Assembly: GCF_009914755.1 (NCBI RefSeq)
Contig: NC_060937.1
DNA length: 64,000 bases
From: the human T2T-CHM13v2.0 reference genome, Homo sapiens
Direction: 5' to 3' (one strand)
Shown here in pieces: positions 30,101 through 45,900 of this stretch. Both the position numbers and the translations under genes were made by a program. Position 1 is the stretch's first letter; every line of letters starts with the position of its first letter. The notes beneath the pieces were generated by a model. The model saw nothing but the letters and a program-made list of their open reading frames with translations, made no database searches and was not told the origin of the DNA.

Positions 30101-33100
30101 ATTATATACTCTACATAAAGTATCAAAGTACCCAAACTGTGTAGTATATACTGTACATAAAATATCAAGGTACCCAAAATATATATTGTAAACTGTAGAT
30201 AAAATATCAAAGTACCCAAAATATATATTATATACTGTACATAAAATATGAAGGCACATCCAATATATATTATATTCTGTACATAAAATATCAAAGTACA
30301 CCAAATGTATATTATATACTGTACATAAAATATCAAAGTACCCAAAGTGTATATTATATACTGTACATAAAATATGAAGGTTCATCAAATATATTTTATA
30401 TTCTGCACATAATATATCAAAGTACAGCAAATATATATTATATACTGTACATAAAATATCAAAGTACCCAAAATATGTATTATATACTGTACATAAAATA
30501 TGAAAGTAACCAAACATTTATAATAAACTGTACATAAAGTATCAAAGTACTCAAACTACATATTATATACAGTATATAAAATGTCAAAGTACCCAAACTG
30601 TATATTATATACTGTACATAATATATCAAAGTACCCGAATATATAGCATACTGTACATAAAATATCAAAGTACCCAAAGTGTGTTTTATACACTGCACAT
30701 AAAATATGAAGGTACATAAAATATATATTGTATTCTGTACATAAAATATCAAAGTACTCCAAATATATATTATATGCTGTACATAATATATTAAAGTCGC
30801 CCAAATATATATTATATACTGTGCATAAAATATGAAGGTACATCAAATATATATTATATGCTGCACATAAAATATCAAAGTACCCAAAGTATGTGTTATA
30901 TACTGTACATAAAATATCAAAGTACCCAAAGTATATATTACATACTGTACATAAAATATAAAATACCCCAAATATATATTATATGCTGTACATAAAATAT
31001 CAAAGTACACAAAATATGTATTATATACTGTACATAAAATACCAAAGGACCCAAAATATATATTATATACTGTACATAAAATATCAAAATACCCAAAATA
31101 TATATTATATACTGTACATAAAATACCAAAGTACCCAAAGTATATATTATATACCGTACAAAAAATATCAAAGTAGCCAAAATATGTATTATACACTGTA
31201 CATAATATATGAAAGTACCCAAACATTTATAATAAACTGTACATAAAATATCAATGTACTCCAACTATATATTATGTGCGGTACATAAGATATCAAAGTA
31301 CCCATACTATATAGTATATACTGTACTTAAAATATCAAAATACCCAAAATATATATTATATACGTTACATAAACTATCAAGTACACAAAGTATGTATTAT
31401 ATACTGTACATAAAATAGCAAAGTTCCCAAAATATGTATTATATATATTATAAATATGTACATAAAATATGAAAGTATCCAACCATTTATAATAAACTCT
31501 ACATAAAACACCAAAGTACCCAAACTGTGTATTATATACTGTCCATAAAATATCAAAGTACCCAAAATATATATTGTAAACTGTACATAAAATATCAAAG
31601 TAGCCAAAATACATATTGTATACTGTACATAAAATATAAAAGTACCCCAAATATATATTATATACTGTACATAAAATATCAAAGTACCCATAATACATAT
31701 TATATACTGTACATAAAATATCAAAGGACCCAAAATAAACATTATATACTGTACATAAAATATCCAAATACTCAAAATATATATTACATACTGTACATAA
31801 AATATCAAAGTACCCAAATTATGTATTATATACTGTACGTAAAATATCAGAGTACCCAAAATATGCATTATATACTGTACATAAAATATGAAAGTAACAA
31901 AACATTTATAATAAACTGTACATAAAATATCAAAGTACTCAAACTATATATCATATACTGTACATAAAATATCAAAGTACCCAAAATATATATTGTATAC
32001 TGTACATAAAATATGAAGGTACATCAAAGATATATTATATTCTGTACATAAAATATCAAACTACACCAAATATATATTATATGCTGTACATAATATATCA
32101 AAGTTGCCCATATATACATTCTATACTGTACATAAAATATGAACGTACATCAAATATATAGTATATGCTGCACATAAAATATCAAAGTACCCAAAGTATG
32201 TATTATACACTGTACATAAAATATCAAAGTACCAAAAGTATATATTACATACTGTAAATAAAATATGAAGGTACCTCAAATATATATTATATTCTATACA
32301 TAAAATATCAAAGTACACCAAGTATATACTATATACTCTGCATAAAATATTAAATTACCCAAAATATGTATTGCATTGTGTACATAAAATATGAAAGTAA
32401 CCAAACGTTTATAATAAACTGTACATAAAATATCAAAGTACTCAAACTGTATATTATATACTGTACATAAAGTATCAAAGTACCCAAACTGTGTAGTATA
32501 TATTGTACATAAAATACCAAGGTACCCAAAATATATATTGTAAACTGTAGATAAAATATCAAAGTACCCAAAATATATATTATATACTGTACATGAAATA
32601 TGAAGGCACATCCAATATATATTATACTCTGTACATAAAATATCAAAGTACACCAAATGTATATTATATACTGTACATAAAATATGAAAGTACCCAATGT
32701 GTATATTATATACTGTACATAAACTATGAAGGTTCATCAAATATATTTTATATTCTGCACATAATATATCAAAGTACAGCAAATATATATTATATACTGT
32801 ACATAAAATATCAAAGTACCCAAAATATGTATTATATACTGTACATAAAATATGAAAGTAAGCAAACATTTATAATAAACTGTACATAAAGTATCAAAGT
32901 ACTCAAACTACATATTATATACAGTATATAAAATATCAAAGTACCCAAACTGTATATTATATACTGTACATAATATATCAAAGTACCCGAATATATAGCA
33001 TACTCCACATAAAATATCAAAGTACCCAAAGTTTGTATTATACACTGCACATAAAATATGGAGGTACATCAAAGATATATTATATTCTGTACATAAAATA

Positions 33101-36100
33101 TCCAAGTACACCAAATATATATTATATGCTGTACATAATATATTAAAGTCGACCAAATATATATTATATACTGTACATAAAATATGAAGGTACATCAAAT
33201 ATATATTATATGCTGCACATAAAATATCAAAGTACCCAAAGTATGTGTTATATACTGTACATAAAATATCAAAGTACCCAAAGTATATATTATATACTGT
33301 ACATAAAATATAAAATACCCCAAATATATATTATATGCTCTACATAAAATATCAAAGTACACAAAATATGTATTATATACTGTACATAAAATACCAAAGG
33401 ACCCAAAATATATATTATATACTGTACATAAAATATCAAAATACCCAAAATATATATTATATACTGTACATAAAATACCAAAGTACCCAAAGTATATATT
33501 ATATACCGTACAAAAAATATCAAAGTAGCCAAAATATGTATTATACACTGTACATAATATATGAAAGTACCCAAACATTTATAATAAACTGTACATAAAA
33601 TATCAATGTACTCAAACTATATATTATGTGCGGTACATAAGATATCAAAGTACCCATACTATATAGTATATACTGTACTTAAAATATCAAAATACCCAAA
33701 ATATATATTATATACGTTACATAAACTATCACATACACAAAGTATGTATTATATACTGTACATAAAATAGCAAAGTTCCCAAAATATGTATTATATACTG
33801 TACATAAAATATGAAAGTACCCAACCATTCATAATAAAGTCTACATAAAATACCAAAGTACCCAAACTGTGTATTATATACTGTCCATAAAATATCAAAG
33901 GACCCAAAATATATATTGTAAACTCTACATAAAATATCAAAGTAGCCAAAATACATATTGTATACTGTACATAAAATATAAAAGTACCCGAAATATATAT
34001 TATATACTGTACATAAAATATCAAAGTACCCATAATACATATTATATACTGTACATAAAATATCAAAGGACCCAAAATAAACATTATATACTGTACATAA
34101 AATATCCAAATACTCAAAATATATATTACATACTGTACATAAAATATCAAAGTACCCAAATTATGTATTATATACTGTACGTAAAATATCAGAGTACCCA
34201 AAATATGCATTATATACTGTACATAAAATATGAAAGTAACAAAACATTTATAATAAACTGTACATAAAATATCAAAGTACTCAAACTATATATCATATAC
34301 TGTACATAAAATATCAAAGTACCCAAACTGTGTATTATTACATACTTTATATAAAATATCAAAGTACCTGAAATATATATTTTATACTGTACATAAAATA
34401 TCAAAGTACCCAAAATATATACTATATACTGTACATAAAATATGAAGGTACATCAAATATATATTATATCCTGTACATAAAATATCAAAGTACTCCTATT
34501 ATATATTGTGTACTGTACATAATATATTAAATCGCCCAAATATATATTGTATACTGTATATGAAATATGAAGGTACTTCAAATATATATTATATGCTGCA
34601 CATAAAATATCAAAGTACCCAAAGTATGCATTACATACTGTACATAAAATATCAAAGTACACAAATTATATATTATATTCTGTACATAAAATATGTAGGT
34701 TCGTCAAATATATTTTATATTCTGTACATAATATATCAAAGTACATCAAATATATATTATATACGGTACATAAAATATCAAAGTACCCAAAATATGTACT
34801 ATTTACTGTACATAAAATATGAAAGTAACCAAACATTTATAATAAACTGTACATAAAATATCAAAGTACTCAAACTGTATATTATATACTGTACATAAAG
34901 TATCAAAGTACCCAAACTGTGTAGTATATACTGTACATAAAATATCAAGGTACCCAAAATATATATTGTAAACTGTAGATAAAATATCAAAGTACCCAAA
35001 ATATATATTATATACTGTACATAAAATATGAAGGCACATCCAATATATATTATATTCTGTACATAAAATATCAAAGTACACCAAATGTATATTATATACT
35101 GTACATAAAATATCAAAGTACCCAAAGTGTATATTATATACTGTACATAAAATATGAAGGTTCATCAAATATATTTTATATTCTGCACATAATATATCAA
35201 AGTACAGCAAATATATATTATATACTGTACATAAAATATCAAAGTACCCAAAATATGTATTATATACTGTACATAAAATATGAAAGTAAGCAAACATTTA
35301 TAATAAACTGTACATAAAGTATCAAAGTACTCAAACTACATATTATATACAGTATATAAAATATCAAAGTACCCAAACTGTATATTATATACTGTACATA
35401 ATATATCAAAGTACCCGAATATATAGCATACTCTACATAAAATATCAAAGTACCCAAAGTTTGTATTATACACTGCACATAAAATATGAAGGTACAACAA
35501 AGATATATTATATTCTCTACATAAAATATCAAAGTACACCAAATATATATTATATGCTGTACATAATATATTAAAGTCGACCAAATATATATTATATACT
35601 GTACATAAAATATGAAGGTACATCAAATATATATTATATGCTGCACATAAAATATCAAAGTACCCAAAGTATGTGTTATATACTGTACATAAAATATCAA
35701 ATTACCCAAAGTATATATTATATACTGTACATAAAATATAAAATACCCCAAATATATATTATATGCTCTACATAAAATATCAAAGTACACAAAATATGTA
35801 TTATATACTGTACATAAAATACCAAAGGACCCAAAATATATATTATATACTGTACATAAAATATCAAAATTCCCAAAATATATATTATATACTGTACATA
35901 AAATACCAAAGTACCCAAAGTATATGTTATATACCGTACAAAAAATATCAAAGTAGCCAAAATATGTATTATACACTGTACATAATATATGAAAGTACCC
36001 AAACATTTATAATAAACTGTACATAAAATATCAATGTACTCAAACTATATATTATGTGCGGTACATAAGATATCAAAGTACCCATACTATATAGTATATA

Positions 36101-36932
36101 CTGTACTTAAAATATCAAAATACCCAAAATATATATTATATACGTTACATAAACTATCAAATACACAAAGTATGTATTATATACTGTACATAAAATAGCA
36201 AAGTTCCCAAAATATGTATTATATACTGTACATAAAATATGAAAGTACCCAACCATTTATAATAAAGTCTACATAAAATACCAAAGTACCCAAACTGTGT
36301 ATTATATACTGTCCATAAAATATCAAAGGACCCAAAATATATATTGTAAACTCTACATAAAATATTAAAGTAGCCAAAATACATATTGTATACTGTACAT
36401 AAAATATAAAAGTACCCCAAATATATATTATATACTGTACATAAAATATCAAAGTACCCATAATACATATTATATACTGTACATAAAATATCAAAGGACC
36501 CAAAATAAACATTATATACTGTACATAAAATATCCAAATACTCAAAATATATATTACATACTGTACATAAAATATCAAAGTACCCAAATTATGTATTATA
36601 TACTGTACGTAAAATATCAGAGTACCCAAATATGCATTATATACTGTACATAAAAAATGAAAGTAACAAAACATTTATAATAAACTGTACATAAAATATC
36701 AAAGTACTCAAACTATATATCATATACTGTACATAAAATATCAAAGTACCCAAACTGTGTATTATTATATACTGTATATAAAATATCAAAGTACCTGAAA
36801 TATATACTGTATACTGTACATAAAATATCAAAGTACCCAAAATATATACTATATACTGTACATAAAATATGAAGGTACATCAAATATATATTATATCCTG
36901 TACATAAAATATCAAAGTACACCTATTATATA
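24122..36932 (+). repeat. Structurally rearranged HOR zone with deletions of 377, 922, 671 and 585 bp
   Basis: The gtacaccaag marker spacings of 1714, 3305, 2352 and 5440 bp are fully accounted for by whole-monomer deletions at about 25660, 26486, 31985 and 34870 plus three 1-bp deletions. Confidence 0.82.
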
Positions 36933-39900
36933 TTGTGTACTGTACATAATATATTAAATCGCCCAAATATATATTGTATACTGTATATAAAATATGAAGG
37001 TACTTCAAATATATATTATATGCTGCACATAAAATATCAAAGTACCCAAAGAATGCATTACATACTGTACATAAAATATCAAAATACACATGTTATCTAT
37101 TATATAATGTACATAAAATATGAAGGTTCATCAAATATATATTATATTCTGTACATAATATATCAAAGTACATCAAATATATATTATATACTGTACATAA
37201 AATATCAAAGTACCAAAAATATGTATTATATACTGTACATAAAACATGAAAGTAACCAAACATTTATAATAAACTGTACATAAAATATCAAAGTACTCAA
37301 TCTACATATTATATACAGTATATAAAATATCAAAGTACACAAACTGTATATTATATACTGTACATAATATATCAAAGTACCCAGAATATATAGCATACTG
37401 TACATAAAATATCAAAGTACCCAAAATGTATATTGTATACTGTACATAAAATATGAAGGTACATCAAAGATATATTATATTCTGTACATAAAATATCAAA
37501 GTACACCAAATATATATTATATGCTGTACATAATATATTAAAGTTGCCCATATATACATTATATACTGTACATAAAATATGAACGTACATCAAATATATA
37601 GTATATGCTGCACATAAAATATCAAAGTACCCAAAGTATGTATTATACACTGTACATAAAATATCAAAGTACCAAAAGTATATATTACATACTGTAAATA
37701 AAATATGAAGGTACCTCAAATATATATTATATTCTGTACATAAAATATCAAAGTACACCAAGTATATACTATATACTCTGCATAAAATATTAAATTACCC
37801 GAAATATGTATTGTATTGTGTACATAAAATATGAAAGTAACCAAACATTTATAATAAACTGTACATAAAATATCAAAGTACTCAAACTGTATATTATATA
37901 CTCTACATAAAGTATCAAAGTACCCAAACTGTGTAGTATATACTGTACATAAAATATCAAGGTACCCAAAATATATATTGTAAACTGTAGATAAAATATC
38001 AAAGTACCCAAAATATATATTATATACTGTACATGAAATATGAAGGCACATCCAATATATATTATACTCTGTACATAAAATATCAAAGTACACCAAATGT
38101 ATATTATATACTGTACATAAAATATCAAAGTACCCAAAGTGTATATTATATACTGTACATAAACTATGAAGGTTCATCAAATATATTTTATATTCTGCAC
38201 ATAATATATCAAAGTACAGCAAATATATATTATATACTGTACATAAAATATCAAAGTACCCAAAATATGTATTATATAGTGTACATAAAATATGAAAGTA
38301 AGCAAACATTTATAATAAACTGTACATAAAGTATCAAAGTACTCAAACTACATATTATATACAGTATATAAAATATCAAAGTACCCAAACTGTATATTAT
38401 ATACTGTACATAATATATCAAAGTACCCGAATATATAGCATACTCTACATAAAATATCAAAGTACCCAAAATATATATTGTATACTGTACATAAAATATG
38501 AAGGTACATCAAAGATATATTATATTCTGTACATAAAATATCAAAGTACACCAAATATATGTTATATGCTGTACATAATATATTAAAGTCGACCAAATAT
38601 ATATTATATACTGTACATAAAATATGAAGGTACATCAAATATATATTATATGCTGCACATAAAATATCAAAGTACCCAAAGTATGTGTTATATACTGTAC
38701 ATAAAATATCAAAGTACCCAAAGTATATATTATATACTGTACATAAAATATAAAATACCCCAAATATATATTATATGCTCTACATAAAATATCAAAGTAC
38801 ACAAAATATGTATTATATACTGTACATAAAATACCAAAGGACCCAAAATATATATTATATACTGTACATAAAATATCAAAATACCCAAAATATATATTAT
38901 ATACTGTACATAAAATACCAAAGTACCCAAAGTATATGTTATATACCGTACAAAATATATCAAAGTAGCCAAATATGTATTATACACTGTACATAATATA
39001 TGAAAGTACCCAAACATTTATAATAAACTGTACATAAAATATCAATGTACTCAAACTATATATTATGTGCGGTACATAAGATATCAAAGTACCCATACTA
39101 TACAGTATATACTGTACTTAAAATATCAAAATACCCAAAATATATATTATATACGTTACATAAACTTTCAAATACACAAAGTATGTATTATATACTGTAC
39201 ATAAAATAGCAAAGTTCCCAAAATATGTATTATATACTGTACATAAAATATGAAAGTACCCAACCATTTATAATAAACTCTACATAAAATACCAAAGTAC
39301 CCAAACTGTGTATTATATACTGTCCATAAAATATCAAAGGACCCAAAATATATATTGTAAACTCTACATAAAATATCAAAGTAGCCAAAATACATATTGT
39401 ATACTGTACATAAAATATAAAAGTACCCCAAATATATATTATATACTGTACATAAAATATCAAAGTACCCATAATACATATTATATACTGTACATAAAAT
39501 ATCAAAGGACCCAAAATAAACATTATATACTGTACATAAAATATCCAAATACTCAAAATATATATTACATACTGTACATAAAATATCAAAGTACCCAAAT
39601 TATGTATTATATACTGTACGTAAAATATCAGAGTACCCAAACTGTGTATTATTATATACTGTATATAAAATATAAAAGTAACAAAACATTTATAATAAAC
39701 TGTACATAAAATATCAAAGTACTCAAACTATATATCATATACTGTACATAAAATATCAAAGTACCCAAACTGTGTATTACTACATACTGTATATAAAATA
39801 TCAAAGTACCTGAAATATATATTTTATACTGTACATAAAATATCAAAGTACCCAAAATATATACTATATACTGTACATAAAATATGAAGGTACATCAAAT

Positions 39901-42900
39901 ATATATTATATCCTGTACATAAAATATCAAAGTACTCCTATTATATATTGTGTACTGTACATAATATATTAAATCGCCCAAATATATATTGTATACTGTA
40001 TATAAAATATGAAGGTACTTCAAATATATATTATATGCTGCACATAAAATATCAAAGTACCCAAAGTATGCATTACATACTGTACATAAAATATCAAAGT
40101 ACACAAATTATATATTATATTCTGTACATAAAATATGTAGGTTCATCAAATATATTTTATATTCTGTACATAATATATCAAAGTACATCAAATATATATT
40201 ATATACGGTACATAAAATATCAAAGTACCCAAAATATGTACTATTTACTGTACATAAAATATGAAAGTAACCAAACATTTATAATAAACTGTACATAAAA
40301 TATCAAAGTACTCAATCTACATATTATATACAGTATATAAAATATCAAAGTACACAAACTGTATATTATATACTGTACATAATATATCAAAGTACCCAGA
40401 ATATATAGCATACTGTACATACAATATCAAAGTACCCAGAATGTATATTGTATACTGTACATAAAATATGAAGGTACATCAAAGATATATTATATTCTGT
40501 ACATAAAATATCAAAGTACACCAAATATATATTATATGCTGTACATAATATATTAAAGTTGCTCATATATACATTATATACTGTACATAAAATATGAAGG
40601 TACATCAAATATATAGTATATGCTGCACATAAAATATCAAAGTACCCAAAGTATGTATTATACACTGTACATAAAATATCAAAGTACCAAAAGTATATAT
40701 TACATACTGTAAATAAAATATGAAGGTACCTCAAATATATATTATATTCTGTACATAAAATATCAAAGTACACCAAGTATATACTATATACTCTGCATAA
40801 AATATTAAATTACCCGAAATATGTATTGTATTGTGTACATAAAATATGAAAGTAACCAAACATTTATAATAAACTGTACATAAAATATCAAAGTACTCAA
40901 ACTGTATATTATATACTGTACATAAAGTATCAAAGTACCCAAACTGTGTAGTATATACTGTACATAAAATATCAAGGTACCCAAAATATATATTGTAAAC
41001 TGTAGATAAAATATCAAAGTACCAAAAATATATATTATATGCTGTACATAAAATATGAAGGCACATCCAATATATATTATATTCTGTACATAAAATATCA
41101 AAGTACACCAAATGTATATTATATACTGTACATAAAATATCAAAGTACCCAAAGTGTATATTATATACTGCACATTAAATATGAAGGTTCATCAAATATA
41201 TTTTATATTCTGCACATAATATATCAAAGTACAGCAAATATATATTATATACTGTACATAAAATATCAAAGTACCCAAAATATGTATTATATACTGTACA
41301 TAAAATATGAAAGTAAGCAAATATTTATAATAAACTGTATATAAAATATCAAAGTACTCAAACTACATATTATATACAGTATATAAAATATCAAAGTACC
41401 CAAACTATATATTATATACTGTACATAATATATCAAAGTACCCGAATATATAGCATACTGTACATAAAATATCAAAGTACCCAAAATATATATTGTATAC
41501 TGTACATAAAATATGAAGGTACATCAAAGATATATTATATTCTGTACATAAAATATCAAAGTACACCAAATATGTATTATATGCTGTACAGAATATATTA
41601 AAGTCGACCAAATGTATATTATATACTGTACATAAAATATGAAGGTACATCAAATATATATTATATGCTGCACATAAAATATCAAAGTACCCAAAGTATG
41701 TGTTATATACTGTACATAAAATATCAAAGTACCCAAAGTATATATTATATACTGTACATAAAATATAAAATACCCCAAATATATATTATATGCTGTACAT
41801 AAAATATCAAAGTACACAAAATATGCATTATGTACTGTACATAAATTATCAAAGGACCCAAAATATATATTATATAGTGTACATAAAATATCAAAATACC
41901 CAAAATATATATTATATACTGTACATAAAATACCAAGGTACCCAAAGTATATATTATATACTGTATAAAAAATATCAAAGTAGCCAAAATATGTATTATA
42001 CACTGTACATAATATATGAAAGTACCCAAACATTTATAATAAACTGTACATAAAATATCAATGTACTCAAACTATATATTATGTGCGGTACTTAAGATAT
42101 CAAAGTACCCATACTATATAGTATGTACTGTACTTAAAATATCAAAATACCCAAAATATATATTATATACGTTACATAAACTTTCAAATACACAAAGTAT
42201 GTATTACATACTGTACATAAAATAGCAAAGTTCCCAAAATATGTATTATATACTGTACATAAAATATGAAAGTACCCAACCATTTATAATAAACTCTACA
42301 TAAAATACCAAAGTACCCAAACTGTGTATTATATACTCTCCATAAAATATCAAAGTACCCAAAATATATATTGTCAACTGTACATGAAATATCAAAGTAG
42401 CCAAAATATATATAGTATACCGTACATAAAATATAAAAGTACCCCAAATATGTATTATATACTGTACATAAATTATCAAAGTACCGATAATACATATTAT
42501 ATACTGTACATAAAATATCAGAGGACCCAAAATAAACATTATATACTGTACATAAAATCTCCAAATACTCAAAATATATATTACATACTGTACATAAAAT
42601 ATCAAAGTACCCAAATTATGTATTATATACTGTACATAAAATATCAGAGTACCCAAAATATGCATTATATACTGTACATAAAATATGAAAGTAACAAAAC
42701 ATTTATAATAAACTGTACATAAAATATCAAAGTACTCAAACTATATATCATATACTGTACATAAAATATCAAAGTACCCAAACTGTGTATTATTATATAC
42801 TGTATATAAAATATCAAAGTACCTGAAATATATACTGTATACTGTACATAAAATATCAAAGTACCCAAAATATATACTATATACTGTACATAAAATATGA

Positions 42901-45900
42901 AGGTACATCAAATATATATTATATCCTGTACATAAAATATCAAAGTACACCTATTATATATTGTGTACTGTACATAATATATTAAATCGCCCAAATATAT
43001 ATTGTATACTGTATATAAAATATGAAGGTACTTCAAATATATATTATATTCTGCACATAAAATATCAAAGTACCCAAAGTATGCATTACATACTGTACAT
43101 AAAATATCAAAGTACACATATTATCTATTATATAATGTACATAAAATATGAAGGTTCATCAAATATATATTATATTCTGTACATAATATATCAAAGTACA
43201 TCAAATATATGTTATATACTGTACATAAAATATCAAAGTACCAAAAATATGTATTATATACTGTACATAAAACATGAAAGTAACCAAACATTTATAATAA
43301 ACTGTACATAAAATATCAAAGTACTCAATCTACATATTATATACAGTATATAAAATATCAAAGTACACAAACTGTATATTATATACTGTACATAATATAT
43401 CAAAGTACCCAGAATATATAGCATACTGTACTTAAAATATCAAAGTACCCAAAATATATATTGTATACTGTACATAAAATATGAAGGTACATCAAAGATA
43501 TATTATATTCTGTACATAAAATATCAAAGTACACCAAATATATATTATATGCTGTACATAATATATTAAAGTTGCCCATATATACATTATATACTGTACA
43601 TAAAATATGAACGTACATCAAATATATAGTATATGCTGCACATAAAATATCAAAGTACCCAAAGTATGTATTATACACTGTACATAAAATATCAAAGTAC
43701 CAAAAGTATATATTACATACTGTAAATAAAATATGAAGGTACCTCAAATATATATTATATTCTGTACATAAAATATCAAAGTACACCAAGTATATACTAT
43801 ATACTCTGCATAAAATATTAAATTACCCAAAATATGTATTGCATTGTGTACATAAAATATGAAAGTAACCAAACATTTATAATAAACTGTACATAAAATA
43901 TCAAAGTACTCAAACTGTATATTATATACTGTACATAAAGTATCAAAGTACCCAAACTGTGTAGTATATACTGTACATAAAATATCAAGGTACCCAAAAT
44001 ATATATTGTAAACTGTAGATAAAATATCAAAGTACCCAAAATATATATTATATACTGTACATAAAATATGAAGGCACATCCAATATATACTATATTCTGT
44101 ACATAAAATATCAAAGTACACCAAATGTATATTATATACTGTACAAAAAATATCAAAGTACCCAAAGTGTATATTATATACTGTACATAAAATATGAAGG
44201 TTCATCAAATATATTTTATATTCTGCACATAATATATCAAAGTACAGCAAATATATATTATATACTGTACATAAAATATCAAAGTACCCAAAATATGTAT
44301 TATATACTGTACATAAAATATGAAAGTAACCAAACATTTATAATAAACTGTACATAAAGTATCAAAGTACTCAAACTACATATTATATACAGTATATAAA
44401 ATGTCAAAGTACCCAAACTGTATATTATATACTGTACATAATATATCAAAGTACCCGAATATATAGCATACTGTACATAAAATATCAAGGTACCCAAAGT
44501 GTGTATTATATACTGCACATAAAATATGAAGGTACATAAAATATATATTGTATTCTCTACATAAAATATCAAAGTACTCCAAATATATATTATATGCTGT
44601 ACATAATATATTATAGTCGCCCAAATATATATTATATACTGTACATAAAATATGAAGGTACATCAAATATATATTATATGCTGCACATAAAATATCAAAG
44701 TACCCAAAGTATGTGTTATATACTGTACATAAAATATCAAAGTACCCAATGTATATATTATATACTGTACATAAAATATAAAATACCCCAAATATATATT
44801 ATATGCTGTACATAAAATATCAAAGTACACAAAATATGTATTATATACTGTACATAAAATACCAAAGGACCCAAAATATATATTATATACTGTACATAAA
44901 ATATCAAAATACCCAAAATATATATTATATACTGTACATAAAATACCAAAGTACCCAAAGTATATATTATATACCGTACAAAAAATATCAAAGTAGCCAA
45001 AATATGTATTATACACTGTACATAATATATGAAAGTACCCAAACATTTATAATAAACTGTACATAAAATATCAATGTACTCAAACTATATATTATGTGCG
45101 CTACATAAGATATCAAAGTACCCATACTATATAGTATATACTGTACTTAAAATATCAAAATACCCAAAATATATATTATATACGTTACATAAACTATCAA
45201 ATACACAAAGTATGTATTATGTACTGTACATAAAATAGCAAAGTTCCCAAAATATGTATTACATACTATACATAAAATATGAAAGCACCCAACCATTTAT
45301 AATAAACTCTACATAAAATACCAAAGTACCCAAACTGTGTATTATATACTGTCCATAAAATATCAAAGTACCCAAAATATATATTGTAAACTCTACATAA
45401 AATATCAAAGTAGCCAAAATACATATTGTATACTGTACATAAAATATAAAAGTACCCCAAATATATATTATATACTGTACATAAAATATCAAAGTACCCA
45501 TAATACATATTATATACTGTACATAAAATATCAAAGGACCCAAAATAAACATTATATACTGTACATAAAATATCCAAATACTCAAAATATATATTACATA
45601 CTGTACATAAAATATCAAAGTACCCAAATTATGTACTATATACTGTACGTAAAATATCAGAGTACCCAAAATATGCATTATATACTGTACATAAAATATG
45701 AAAGTAACAAAACATTTATAATAAACTGTACATAAAATATCAAAGTACTCAAACTATATATCATATACTGTACATAAAATATCAAAGTACCCAAACTGTG
45801 TATTATTATATACTGTATATAAAATATCAAAGTACCTGAAATATATATTGTATACTGTACATAAAATATCAATGTACCCAAAATATATACTATATACTGT

